Assembly (NCBI GenBank): GCA_963662585.1
Contig: OY759729.1
Coordinates: 1,760,001 to 1,824,000, forward strand
Source: Candidatus Cloacimonadales bacterium
Lineage (GTDB): Bacteria > Cloacimonadota > Cloacimonadia > Cloacimonadales > JAFGVF01
Direction of reading: 5' to 3'
Length of the DNA stretch: 64,000 bases
The stretch's first letter is position 1. Every line of letters starts with the position of its first letter. This document shows positions 40,441-50,146 of the stretch, piece after piece. Under the pieces are notes generated by a model. It was not told the origin of the DNA. It did not search any database and saw only the letters and a list, made by a program, of their open reading frames with translations. A program made the position numbers and the translations under genes.

Positions 40441-41577
40441 ATGAAAGTTATATTTGCAGTTAATCACCCATCACAATACCACATGTTTAAAAATCTTGCA
40501 AGAAAAATTATAAAAGATAATGGAGATGTAATGTTCTTTATTCAGTCAAGGGGGATTATAGAAGATTTAATTGAATCTGATGGCTTTAAATATAGATATT
40601 CAGTATCTACTAAAATAAGATCTAATCTAAAAGGTAAGGTAGGCATTGCACTCCGAACTGTTATTACTTTGATTAGTCAAGAGTTAAATTTACTATTATA
40701 TATGTGTTTTAATAAAGTTGATTTTTTAATGGGTACCGATGTCGCTATCTCGCATGTTGGATTTCTCTTTAGGAAAAAAGTTTTTGTATTTACTGATGAT
40801 GATTACTATTTTATAAAACCGTTTTGCCATCTTGCTTTCCCTTTAGCTACACATATAGTTGCTGCAGAAGTTGTTGATGTAAATAAATGGAGTAAAAAAC
40901 AAATAACCTACCTTGGTACTCAAAAAAATACATACTTGCACCCAAAATATTTTTCTCCAAATCCTGAGGTATTGGATAAGTATAAATTAGCAGGGAAAAG
41001 ATTTTTTATAATACGATTAGTTGATTTTAAAGCATTTCATGATTCATCACATAACGCTTTTACTGGCTTGTCTGATTTAGTGATTGATAACTTGCTAGCT
41101 TATTTAGAAAAATTAGGAGTAGTGATTATTAACATCGAAAAAGGATTAGACTCTAAATACGCTAACTATTCTCCTAAAATAGAACCTGAAGATATGCATA
41201 GTTTAATGTTTTATTCTGATCTATTAATTGGTGATAGCCAAAGTATGATTATAGAGGCAGCTTTGTTAGGAACTCCTGCTATAAGATCTAATAAGTGGGT
41301 CGTATCGGAAGAAAAAGTTAGTGTTATAGAGTATCTTGAAAAAAAGTATTCACTGTTTTATAGCGTAGCACCAAATGATGGTGACAGTATTTTAGAACTA
41401 ACGAAAAAACTTATTGGTTTACATATAAAGGGTCAATGGAAAGAAAAGAGAGAAAAATTCTTTTCAGAAAATACAAATCTTACAGACTTTTTATTTTGGA
41501 TTATCAAAGATTATGAAACTAATATACAGGAATTGAAGAAAAATAAAGACCTTATTAAGGAGTTTTCAAAATTATGA
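40441..41577 (+). CDS. DUF354-like GT-B fold protein
   Basis: HPSQYHMFKN, YLHPKYF.P, IGDSQSM..EAALLGTPAI. Confidence 0.7.
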   Translation: MKVIFAVNHPSQYHMFKNLARKIIKDNGDVMFFIQSRGIIEDLIESDGFKYRYSVSTKIRSNLKGKVGIALRTVITLISQELNLLLYMCFNKVDFLMGTDVAISHVGFLFRKKVFVFTDDDYYFIKPFCHLAFPLATHIVAAEVVDVNKWSKKQITYLGTQKNTYLHPKYFSPNPEVLDKYKLAGKRFFIIRLVDFKAFHDSSHNAFTGLSDLVIDNLLAYLEKLGVVIINIEKGLDSKYANYSPKIEPEDMHSLMFYSDLLIGDSQSMIIEAALLGTPAIRSNKWVVSEEKVSVIEYLEKKYSLFYSVAPNDGDSILELTKKLIGLHIKGQWKEKREKFFSENTNLTDFLFWIIKDYETNIQELKKNKDLIKEFSKL

Positions 41578-42635
41578 AGAAAATAATAACAATAGTTGGA
41601 GCAAGACCTCAATTTATAAAATTAGCACCGATATCAAGAGAGCTTAGAAAGTATTTCAAGGAAATTATAGTTCATACTGGACAGCATTATGATGATAATA
41701 TGTCTGATGTGTTTTTCAAGCAACTTAATATTCCTTATCCTGATATAAATCTAGGTGTTGGTTCTGCTTCTCATGCTATCCAAACAGCCAACATGTTGAC
41801 CAAATTAGAGGAAATATTTATAAAAGAGAATCCATCATTAATAGTAATTTTTGGTGACACAAATTCTACCTTAGCTGCTACCTTAGCTGCTGTTAAAATA
41901 CATTTGCCCATTGCCCATATTGAAGCAGGCTTAAGAAATTTTGATCTCTCAATTCCAGAAGAAGTTAATAGACTTGTTGCTGACAGATTATCTACATTTC
42001 TTTATGCACCTACAAATCTAGCTGTTAATAACTTAGCTAAGGAAGGTATAAGAGAAAATGTATTTATGTTAGGTGATGTCATGTATGACTCTCTTTTAAG
42101 TGGATTAGAGAAGGCAAAGCAATTTTCTAAAATATTAAATACCTTAAATATTGAGGAAAAAAAATATTGCTTAGCTACAATTCATCGTGCAGAAAATACA
42201 GACAATATACATAATCTTAAAGAAGTAATCAAGGCTATAGGGCTGTTTGAAGAGAAGGTTATTTTTCCAATTCACCCAAGAACCAGAAAAGTAATTGAAG
42301 AGAATATAATTGAAATACCCCAAAATGTTATGCTTATACAACCACTAGGATATTTAGATTTTATTAGTTTAGAGAATAATGCTCGGATGATTGTAACAGA
42401 CTCAGGCGGAGTACAAAAAGAAGCTTATTGCCTAAAAATCCCTTGTATTACAATTTTTCCATCGACATCTTGGAATGAAACAGTTGAAGATGGTTGGAAT
42501 AAATTGGCAGATGCAAAAGTTGATTCAATCATGGAAAAGTATAATTCTGTTTATAATGATTCAATCTACAATTATCACTTTGGTGATGGAAATTCAGCTG
42601 TTAAGATTATCGATAACATTAAAAGTCTTATATAG
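41574..42635 (+). CDS. wecB: UDP-N-acetylglucosamine 2-epimerase (non-hydrolysing)
   Basis: VGARPQFIK, HTGQHYD, GDTNSTLA, HIEAGLR, TDSGGVQKEAY. Confidence 0.9.
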   Translation: MKKIITIVGARPQFIKLAPISRELRKYFKEIIVHTGQHYDDNMSDVFFKQLNIPYPDINLGVGSASHAIQTANMLTKLEEIFIKENPSLIVIFGDTNSTLAATLAAVKIHLPIAHIEAGLRNFDLSIPEEVNRLVADRLSTFLYAPTNLAVNNLAKEGIRENVFMLGDVMYDSLLSGLEKAKQFSKILNTLNIEEKKYCLATIHRAENTDNIHNLKEVIKAIGLFEEKVIFPIHPRTRKVIEENIIEIPQNVMLIQPLGYLDFISLENNARMIVTDSGGVQKEAYCLKIPCITIFPSTSWNETVEDGWNKLADAKVDSIMEKYNSVYNDSIYNYHFGDGNSAVKIIDNIKSLI

Positions 42636-42644
42636 GAGGATTAG

Positions 42645-43277
42645 ATGGATGATTTTAAAAAAGTACTAATATTAGCACCACATACAGATGATGGGGAGTT
42701 CGGTTGTGGAGGCACTATTGCTAAGCTTATAGAGCAAGGGGCAGATGTCTACTATGCTGCTTTTTCTCTTGCAGAGGAATCGGTTCCTGAGGGGTTCCCA
42801 AAGAATATTCTTGAGACTGAGGTAAAGTTAGCAACAGAAATATTAGGAATTAAACCCGAAAATTTATTGATTTACCGATATCGTGTAAGGAGATTTGCTC
42901 AATATCGTCAAGAGATATTGGAAGATTTAGTTAAACTAAGTAGAGATTTAGCCCCAGATTTAGTCTTCTTACCTTCTACCAATGATTTACATCAAGATCA
43001 TAGCACTATTGCTATAGAAGGAATTAGAGCATTTAAAAAGACAAGTATATTATCTTATGAAATTCCTTGGAACAATTTGAACTTTTCAACTCAGCTATTT
43101 GTCAAAATAACCGACAATCACCTTAAGAAAAAAATTGAAGCATTAAAAGCTTATGAATCTCAATATCATAGATCATACGCATCCGAAGAATTTATAAAGA
43201 GCTTAGCTGTTACTAGAGGAACACAAATAGGCACAAAATATGCTGAAATTTTTGAAGTAATTAGATGGATACTATAG
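42645..43277 (+). CDS. PIG-L/LmbE family deacetylase
   Basis: LAPHTDDGEFGCGGT, HQDH, Y.SQ. Confidence 0.9.
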   Translation: MDDFKKVLILAPHTDDGEFGCGGTIAKLIEQGADVYYAAFSLAEESVPEGFPKNILETEVKLATEILGIKPENLLIYRYRVRRFAQYRQEILEDLVKLSRDLAPDLVFLPSTNDLHQDHSTIAIEGIRAFKKTSILSYEIPWNNLNFSTQLFVKITDNHLKKKIEALKAYESQYHRSYASEEFIKSLAVTRGTQIGTKYAEIFEVIRWIL

Positions 43278-43287
43278 GATTAAGAAC

Positions 43288-44124
43288 ATGAAATATGAGA
43301 ATAAAGAAAAAAATATTAAAATTTATGCTGAAGATATTGAAATTGGAGAGAATGTTAAGTTTGGGGATAATATAAATATTAAAATTAACGGGAAATTTAA
43401 GATAGGTAATCACTCAAGATTAGGTTCTAATACAAAAATTACAGGAAATAATATCATTTTAGGAGAACATTTATTTAATAGCAGTGGATTAATTATTGGG
43501 GGAGGTGGAAGATATCATCCAAATGCTAATTTAACAATCGGTGATAGATGTACAATTCATAATAACTTTATCAATGTTTGCGAGGATATCATTATTGGTA
43601 ATGATGTTGGGCTTTCTCCAGATGTATCTATCCTGTCTCATGGATATTGGTTATCTGTTTTAGAAGGATATCCTGCAAAATTTTCTGGTGTAAAAATTGG
43701 AAATTCTGTCATAGTTGGTTATAGAAGTCTTATAATGATGGGTGTTAGTATAGCTAATGAGGTTGTTGTAGGAGCTTCTTCTGTAGTAACAAAATCAATA
43801 GATAAAAAAGGAATTTATGCAGGTAATCCTGCAAGATTTTTAAAAGAAATAAAACCGTTGACTGAAAATGAAAGTATAGAAAAAGTACAGCAAATTGTGA
43901 TTGAATATAAGAAAATTGCAAAATATCATAATATTACTCCTAAAATAAAAATTGATTACCCACTAATATATGTTAATGATTTGTGCATCAATGTTATTAC
44001 TCAATCCCACGAAGGTACAGAAGATAACGAAACAGATGATTTTAGAGATTATGTGAGAAAATGGGGTATAAGGATTTATACTAGCAGAGGCTTTAAATCA
44101 ATTTTACCTGAAAGGTTAAGGTAG
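43288..44124 (+). CDS. Hexapeptide-repeat acyltransferase
   Basis: Left-handed beta-helix repeats, GASSVVTK, AGNPAR. Confidence 0.8.
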   Translation: MKYENKEKNIKIYAEDIEIGENVKFGDNINIKINGKFKIGNHSRLGSNTKITGNNIILGEHLFNSSGLIIGGGGRYHPNANLTIGDRCTIHNNFINVCEDIIIGNDVGLSPDVSILSHGYWLSVLEGYPAKFSGVKIGNSVIVGYRSLIMMGVSIANEVVVGASSVVTKSIDKKGIYAGNPARFLKEIKPLTENESIEKVQQIVIEYKKIAKYHNITPKIKIDYPLIYVNDLCINVITQSHEGTEDNETDDFRDYVRKWGIRIYTSRGFKSILPERLR

Positions 44125-44133
44125 GTAATAGAT

Positions 44134-45126
44134 ATGAAACAAATGGTTAGAAATGTAAAAATTATTGGTACTGGGTCTTATGTACCAGAAAATATATATA
44201 CAAATGAATATTTAGAGACATTGGTGGATACTAATTCTGAATGGATTTATAAAACTCTAGGTATTAAAGAGAGAAGAATTGCCTCAAAAGATGAAGCAAC
44301 TAGTGATTTAGCATGGAAGGCTGGAAATAGAGCAATTGAAAATGCTAGATTAACTGTTGACGATATCCAGTTAATAATTGTTGCTACCTCCACACCTGAT
44401 AGATTAGCTCCTTCCACTGCAGCCTTTGTTCAATACAAATTGCAGGCTTTTAATGCTGTTGCATTTGATATAGCTGCTGTGTGTTCAGGCTTCTTATACG
44501 GTATGTCTGTTGCTTCTCAATATGTAGCTTCAGGAGTTTATGATAATGTTCTTGTAATTGGTGCTGACACTTTTTCTAAAATAACTGATTGGACAAGAAG
44601 AGATAGTGTCTTTTTTGGTGATGGAGCTGGGGCGGCTGTAGTAACTCATTGTGATTCAGATTCAGGATTTCTGGCCTACAGATTATATACTGATAGTCGC
44701 GGGAGATACCATTTTACAGTACCTGCTGGTGGTTCTGAACAACCAGCAAGTAAAGAAACCGTAAAAAAAGGACTTCACTATTTTCAAATGGATGGAGGAG
44801 AGGTTTATAGAACAGCTACTCAAGTCTTACCTCAAGCAATTAATCAAGTTTTAGAAGATACAGGTTTAACAATTGATGATATTGACTTGATGATACCTCA
44901 TCAACCAAGTATAGGAATTTTGAAAAAGACTGCCGAAATTATAGGACTTCCTTTTGAAAAAGTCATGACTTCAATGGATAGATATGCCAATACATCTGGT
45001 GGAACAGTTCCTATAATGTTAGATGAAGTTAATAGAGCGGGAAAACTTAAACCTGGAATGAATATTCTTTTTGCAGCTGTTGGAAGTGGTTGGACCTATG
45101 GAGCTTCAATAATTAAGTGGGGATAG
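44134..45126 (+). CDS. fabH: 3-oxoacyl-ACP synthase III
   Basis: GTGSYVP, GIKERR, AVCSGF (Cys), FGDGAGA, PHQ (His), ANTS (Asn). Confidence 0.92.
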   Translation: MKQMVRNVKIIGTGSYVPENIYTNEYLETLVDTNSEWIYKTLGIKERRIASKDEATSDLAWKAGNRAIENARLTVDDIQLIIVATSTPDRLAPSTAAFVQYKLQAFNAVAFDIAAVCSGFLYGMSVASQYVASGVYDNVLVIGADTFSKITDWTRRDSVFFGDGAGAAVVTHCDSDSGFLAYRLYTDSRGRYHFTVPAGGSEQPASKETVKKGLHYFQMDGGEVYRTATQVLPQAINQVLEDTGLTIDDIDLMIPHQPSIGILKKTAEIIGLPFEKVMTSMDRYANTSGGTVPIMLDEVNRAGKLKPGMNILFAAVGSGWTYGASIIKWG

Positions 45127-45127
45127 G

Positions 45128-45808
45128 ATGATAATTATTACTGGAGCATCTAAAGGGATTGGTAACTATTTAACAAAGAAATTTATGGAGGAGGGTGAAG
45201 AGGTTTTTGGTACCTATAATACCACTATTCCTAATAACATAAATAATGAACTATTAACTAAAGTAGATGTTAGTGATTATTCTTCTGTTGAGAAATGGAT
45301 TCATTCACTGACAAATAAAAAAAATTTAGTCTTAATTAATTGTGCAGGTATAAACTATAACTGCTTTGCTCATAAATGTGATATTGATAAGTGGGTTGAA
45401 GTTATTAATACAAATTTGATTGGTTCTTTTAATACTATTAGGTCTATTCTTCCCTATATGAGGCAAGAAAGCTTTGGTAGAATAATTAACTTCTCTTCTA
45501 TTGTAGCACAAACAGGTGCAATGGGAGCTTCTGCTTATGGAGCTTCGAAAGCTGGTTTATGGGGACTTACTAAATCCTTAGCTAAAGAAAATGGGAATAA
45601 AAACATCACTATTAATAATTTGAATATTGGATATTTTAATATTGGTATAATCTCTGAAGTTCCTGATAATTACCAAGATTACCTAAAAACACAAATACCA
45701 TCAGCAAAATTTGGTGATCCTGAAGAGATATTTAAAATAGTTAAATACCTGATTGATAGTGAATATGTTAATGGAACTTCGATTGATATAAATGGTGGAT
45801 TGTATTAA
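45128..45808 (+). CDS. SDR oxidoreductase (FabG/acetoacetyl reductase-like)
   Basis: TGASKGIG, NCAG, YGASKAG, INGG. Confidence 0.88.
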   Translation: MIIITGASKGIGNYLTKKFMEEGEEVFGTYNTTIPNNINNELLTKVDVSDYSSVEKWIHSLTNKKNLVLINCAGINYNCFAHKCDIDKWVEVINTNLIGSFNTIRSILPYMRQESFGRIINFSSIVAQTGAMGASAYGASKAGLWGLTKSLAKENGNKNITINNLNIGYFNIGIISEVPDNYQDYLKTQIPSAKFGDPEEIFKIVKYLIDSEYVNGTSIDINGGLY

Positions 45809-46254
45809 GAACTTAAGATTTACCACTAAGTCACAAAAGTCACTAAGAAGAAAGAATTTTTTAGCCACGAATGAACACAAATTAACACGAATAATTTAAG
45901 ACAAGGTGAATAAGAATTTTTACCACAAAGGCACAAAAGACACAAATAAAATGAAAAGAAGAATGTTGAATTGTTTAGGTGTTTAAAATTTTCAAAAAAA
46001 ATAGTTATTGAAATCACCCCCTGTGTCCCCCTTGAGGCGTCGCACAAGGCTATGGAAGGGGATTTAAGAGATTTATTATGGAAGCAGGGACGCTTCCATT
46101 CCATAGGAATCACCCCTTGTGTCCCCCTCATGGAAGGGGATTTTAAGAGTTTAGGAATTAAGTTCTAGCCACAAATTAACACAAATAAGAAAAAACAATA
46201 AGAGTTTTATCAGTCTATTACTTTAAATTAAAGGATGATATTACAGGTAAAAAT

Positions 46255-46677
46255 ATGCCAAACACAACAATAGACAAAATCAGAAAAGCCTTTAATGCAA
46301 CTAAGAAGCCTGAAAAGATTAATGAATCTTTAGCAAAAGCTAAATCTATATTCGAGGAAAGTCTAAAAGAGCAATTTGTCAGGTGTGAAAAGATAGATTT
46401 CAATGATGTGGTTTTGTATGAGTATAAATCTTTTTCTAGTTCAGGATGTTATCTCTGTAATGAAAGTACTTTTGTTTTGTTGAATGTTAAAGCTCATCCT
46501 AATTTTGTGAATTACTGGAAGATTAAAACCGATGGCCTGGCAGAAAAGATTGAGAATGCGATTGTGTTTTTTGAGAAAGGGAGTCATGGTGTGTCTGAAG
46601 TAGTGTTATCGAAGTATGAGATTGAGAAAAGAAGGGGCTTGCTGAAGCAAGAATTAAAAGATAAAAATGAAAAGTGA
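46255..46677 (+). CDS. Hypothetical protein
   Basis: 140-aa ORF, ATG after AGGT; non-repetitive; no family recognised. Confidence 0.5.
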   Translation: MPNTTIDKIRKAFNATKKPEKINESLAKAKSIFEESLKEQFVRCEKIDFNDVVLYEYKSFSSSGCYLCNESTFVLLNVKAHPNFVNYWKIKTDGLAEKIENAIVFFEKGSHGVSEVVLSKYEIEKRRGLLKQELKDKNEK

Positions 46678-47145
46678 AAAGTTGTGGTATTGCCTTGCAA
46701 TGATGATCTGAAGAAGAAAGAAGTTTTAGCCACTAATGAACACAAATTAACACGAATAATTTAAGACAGGGTGTAATAGTGACGGGGAGACATAGAGACA
46801 AGGCGATTAAGAGATTTAATTATTTAAGAGTTTATAAATTTAAAAATAAGAATAGAACACAGTATACTCAGAGTGGACAGATTAATAAGATAGAGTGACG
46901 GGGATTTTAAGAATTTTTATGGAATCACCCCTGTATCCCCCTCATGGAAGGGGATTTTAAGAGTTTTATTATGGAAGCAGGGACGCTTCCATTCCATAGG
47001 AATCACCCACTGTGTCCCCCTCGTGGAAGGGGATTTTAAAACTTTTTTCAACTTTTTTTTCAAAAGTGGACCATTTTCAGAAAAAGTGGGCCCTATAAGT
47101 ATATGAAGGGTTAATAACCTTAATACTTAAAAAGGAGAAACCATT

Positions 47146-47514
47146 ATGAGTTTCCAAAAAAAAGAAAATTTAGTAGCAGTTAATGAAGAGTGTCCAGTGT
47201 TAGCAAAGGAAAGACAGAAGAAAAAAGAAGTGTGTGAATATTTAGCATTAGTCTCCAATTTATTATTACTTGTAGATGATTTCACAGAAGAATATCTAGC
47301 TGATATGAAACAATTAAGGTTTGAAGTAGAACATTATTTATACAAAGGTATTAAAAATTTAGATCCTGATTTTCCTTGGGATGATCCTTTTTGCAAAGTA
47401 GGATCTGGAGAAACAAATAACGAAGATGTTCCTGAAGGGATGTATGAAATACTTAAAGAATATCTTGAAGAAGAAGAAATAATAGCTAATAAGCAATTAG
47501 CTTCTCCCTGTTAA
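47146..47514 (+). CDS. Hypothetical acidic protein
   Basis: 122-aa ORF with strong SD AAGGAG and its own downstream terminator. Confidence 0.65.
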   Translation: MSFQKKENLVAVNEECPVLAKERQKKKEVCEYLALVSNLLLLVDDFTEEYLADMKQLRFEVEHYLYKGIKNLDPDFPWDDPFCKVGSGETNNEDVPEGMYEILKEYLEEEEIIANKQLASPC

Positions 47515-47577
47515 TACAATAGATTCTTAGTCTCAATGTCGTGGTTTATAAAATTTAATTAGTTTGGCCTCCTTTAC

Positions 47578-47615
47578 ACTGCCGAATAAGTATTTCTTGT
47601 TCGGCAGTTTTTTTT
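47578..47615 (+). terminator. Intrinsic terminator
   Basis: actgccgaataag-tattt-cttgttcggcagt stem followed by T run. Confidence 0.8.
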
Positions 47616-48251
47616 AATCTGAAAAGAACAAGATCTTTCACACGAATTAACACAAATTAAAGACGAATTTCACAAATTAAGAGAAAGAAAAGAAAAATCC
47701 TTAACACAGAGTTGTACAGAGGTTAAGAGGAGTTTCACAGAGTTTTGTAGGGTGCAAGTCATTATTCGCCATCTTAAATGAAGTTTTAACCACAAATGAA
47801 CATTAATAATTAAGACAAAGTGATGGAGTGTCGGAGAGACAAGGAGAATAAGAGTTTTCACCACTTAGACACAAAGGCACTAAGAAGAGAAAGAATATAA
47901 AAGTGAAAAATGAAAAGTTAAAGAAGTTTTAGCCACGAATGAATACAAATTAAAGACGAATTTCACAAATTAAGAGAAAGAAAAGAAAAATCCTTAACAC
48001 AGAGTTGTACAGAGGTTAAGAGGAGTTTCACAGAGTTTTGTAGGGTGCAAGTCATTATTCGCCCTCTTAAATGAAGTTTTAACCACAAATAAACACGAAT
48101 AATTAAGACAAAGACTAAGTGAAGGAGTGACGGAGAGAATTTTTATTACTAATTTGTTTTCATCATTAGTGGAATGTATTTTTTGTGTCTTAGTGTCTTT
48201 GTGGTGATAAATATTCTTGGACTCCCCTCTTATGGAAAGGGGATTTATATG

Positions 48252-48297
48252 AAAAGACTGATTAATAGGTAAAAGCCTAATAATCAGTCTTTTTTTT
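48252..48297 (+). terminator. Intrinsic (possibly bidirectional) terminator
   Basis: aaaagactgatta-ataggt-aaaa-gccta-a-taatcagtctttt stem followed by T run. Confidence 0.75.
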
Positions 48298-48535
48298 ATT
48301 GACAAGTTTATTGACTATAGAATAGTTAAGAAGAGAGGATTTAAGATAGAAGCGGAATATGATAATGAAGCACCCCCTGTGTCCCTCTTGAGGTGTCGCA
48401 CAAGGCTATGCCCTCACAGGCTATGAGGGGAATTTTAAGAGATTTATGGAAGCAGAGACGCTTTCATTCCATAGGAAACACCCCCTGTGTCCCCCTCGTA
48501 GAGGGGGATAAATAAATTTGAGAGAAGGTAGTGTG

Positions 48536-50143
48536 ATGAAAAAGAAGGTTTGGTATCTTTTATATTTACTGTTGGATATAGGAATAGTTCTTTTTTCTTT
48601 TGCGGTAGTCGCATGGTTAAGGAACGGGACTCGTAAAGTCCTAGTTGTTTATGCTAGACCGGTGATAGGTTTATCTGTCGCATGGGTTATTGCTGGTTTA
48701 ATCGGTGGGAAGTTCTCGATTAAGAATAAACCAAGGTTAAGATCCTTGTGGGCTTCGATTATTAAGAACGATGCAATGGCCATTGCGGTTGTTTTTGGGG
48801 CTATGATCTTCTTCCATAGGTTTGAGTATTCTCGCTATATTACTTTTGGAACTATCGGTTTAACTATTGTTATAGAATTAATTATTTTTGGATTGATGTA
48901 TTTTTCTTTTAGATTTCATAAGGATAATCCTTCTTTTGCTAAAACTACCTTTATTACTAAGTCTAAAAAATTAGAGGAAGAGGGTTCTGCTTATGAGTTA
49001 TCCAAGTTTGAATCTTCCGATAAGGTACCTGAAAGTCCTATTAAGATAGTGAAACATTATTGTTTGGAAGATAAAATTCAGAAGCAATCGATGAAGCAAT
49101 TACTGAAAGATAAATTCCTCCATGATGAAGAGGAAATATTTGAATTTGTTAATAAATATCTTGATCTTGATTGTTTCTGCAAGGATAAGTCTATGGTGAT
49201 TAACAGTCATGCACTTTATAATATTGAGAGCATAGATTCCGGTTCACAAGCTCTGTTTATGAATCTACATAAAGCTAATAATTTTCGAAGAATCAATCAA
49301 TATATCATTCAGGTAAATGAGAATCTTACTCATGGTGGTGTTTTTGTTGGTTGTGTAGAAACAAAAAATCAAAGACGAAGACGCTTCATTAAGACTTATT
49401 CTGTTATTTTTGGTAATATTTTTTATTTTATAGATTTTATTCTACGCCGAGTTTTTCCTAAACTTGCTCTTCTAAAAGGCTTATACTTCGCTATTACTAA
49501 AGGGAAAAACAGAGCTTTTAGTGAAACTGAAATTTTAGGTAGACTCTACTTTTGTGGTTTTGAGCTATTAGCTAAGAGAGAGATTCATGGAATAAACTAC
49601 TTTATTGCAATTAAGACTAAAGAACCCTCTCAAGATGAAAGTCCATCTTATGGTCCGATTATTCAGTTAAAACGCAAAGGGAAGAATGGTAAACTTCTCT
49701 ATGTTAATAAATTTAGGACTATGCACCCTTATTCAGAATATCTTCAAGATTATGTTTATAAGACTTGTAGTCTGCAAGAGGGTGGTAAATTTAAAAATGA
49801 TTTCCGGGTTACTCGTTGGGGAAAGGTATTCCGTAAATTATGGATTGATGAGCTTCCTCAATTTATTAACTTCTTTAAAGGTGAACTTAATTTAGTTGGT
49901 GTCAGAGCTCTTAGTGAACATTACTTTAGTCTTTATCCGGAAGATGTAAGAGTGCTTAGGGTTCAGGTTAAACCAGGCTTATTGCCTCCATTTTATGCAG
50001 ATATGCCGAAGACATTTGAAGAGATTGTTGCTTCGGAGAAGAAGTATTTGTTGCAGAAGATAGAGAGACCGGTGTGGACGGATTTTAAGTATTTCTGGTT
50101 GGTATTATGGAATATAATCGTGAAACGAGCTCGAAGTAACTAA
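48536..50143 (+). CDS. Priming sugar transferase (Bac_transf domain) with N-terminal TM region
   Basis: Four TM segments then KFRTM, D.RVT.WG..FRK.WIDELPQF.N..KG...LVGVR, KPGL; ATG 48536 (TTG 48518 alternative). Confidence 0.88.
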   Translation: MKKKVWYLLYLLLDIGIVLFSFAVVAWLRNGTRKVLVVYARPVIGLSVAWVIAGLIGGKFSIKNKPRLRSLWASIIKNDAMAIAVVFGAMIFFHRFEYSRYITFGTIGLTIVIELIIFGLMYFSFRFHKDNPSFAKTTFITKSKKLEEEGSAYELSKFESSDKVPESPIKIVKHYCLEDKIQKQSMKQLLKDKFLHDEEEIFEFVNKYLDLDCFCKDKSMVINSHALYNIESIDSGSQALFMNLHKANNFRRINQYIIQVNENLTHGGVFVGCVETKNQRRRRFIKTYSVIFGNIFYFIDFILRRVFPKLALLKGLYFAITKGKNRAFSETEILGRLYFCGFELLAKREIHGINYFIAIKTKEPSQDESPSYGPIIQLKRKGKNGKLLYVNKFRTMHPYSEYLQDYVYKTCSLQEGGKFKNDFRVTRWGKVFRKLWIDELPQFINFFKGELNLVGVRALSEHYFSLYPEDVRVLRVQVKPGLLPPFYADMPKTFEEIVASEKKYLLQKIERPVWTDFKYFWLVLWNIIVKRARSN

Positions 50144-50146
50144 GAG

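Larger units (their letters stand above)
45809..48517. repeat. Mosaic repeat hub: CAC-type arms, 7-bp and 8-bp arrays, REP-like palindrome cassettes, 180-bp direct repeat
   Basis: Arms at 45819, 45860, 45918, 46166, 46725, 47641, 47698, 47857, 47930, 47991; palindrome cassettes at 46012-46149, 46921-47039, 48371-48510; 47641-47820 repeated at 47934-48113. Confidence 0.9.

Noticed and set aside
281..42669. Short antisense or overlapping ORFs inside long genes (e.g. 281-604, 1109-1480, 30599-30904, 39461-39793)
   Set aside because: Overlap well-supported genes and show no motifs; shadow ORFs
45826..48305. ORFs 45826-46131, 45971-46168, 47670-47864 and 47994-48305
   Set aside because: They are translations of the repeat arms and palindromes, with no SD or family signal
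48299..48330. Sigma70 promoter before the sugar transferase
   Set aside because: TTGACA is present but no acceptable -10 at 16-18 bp spacing
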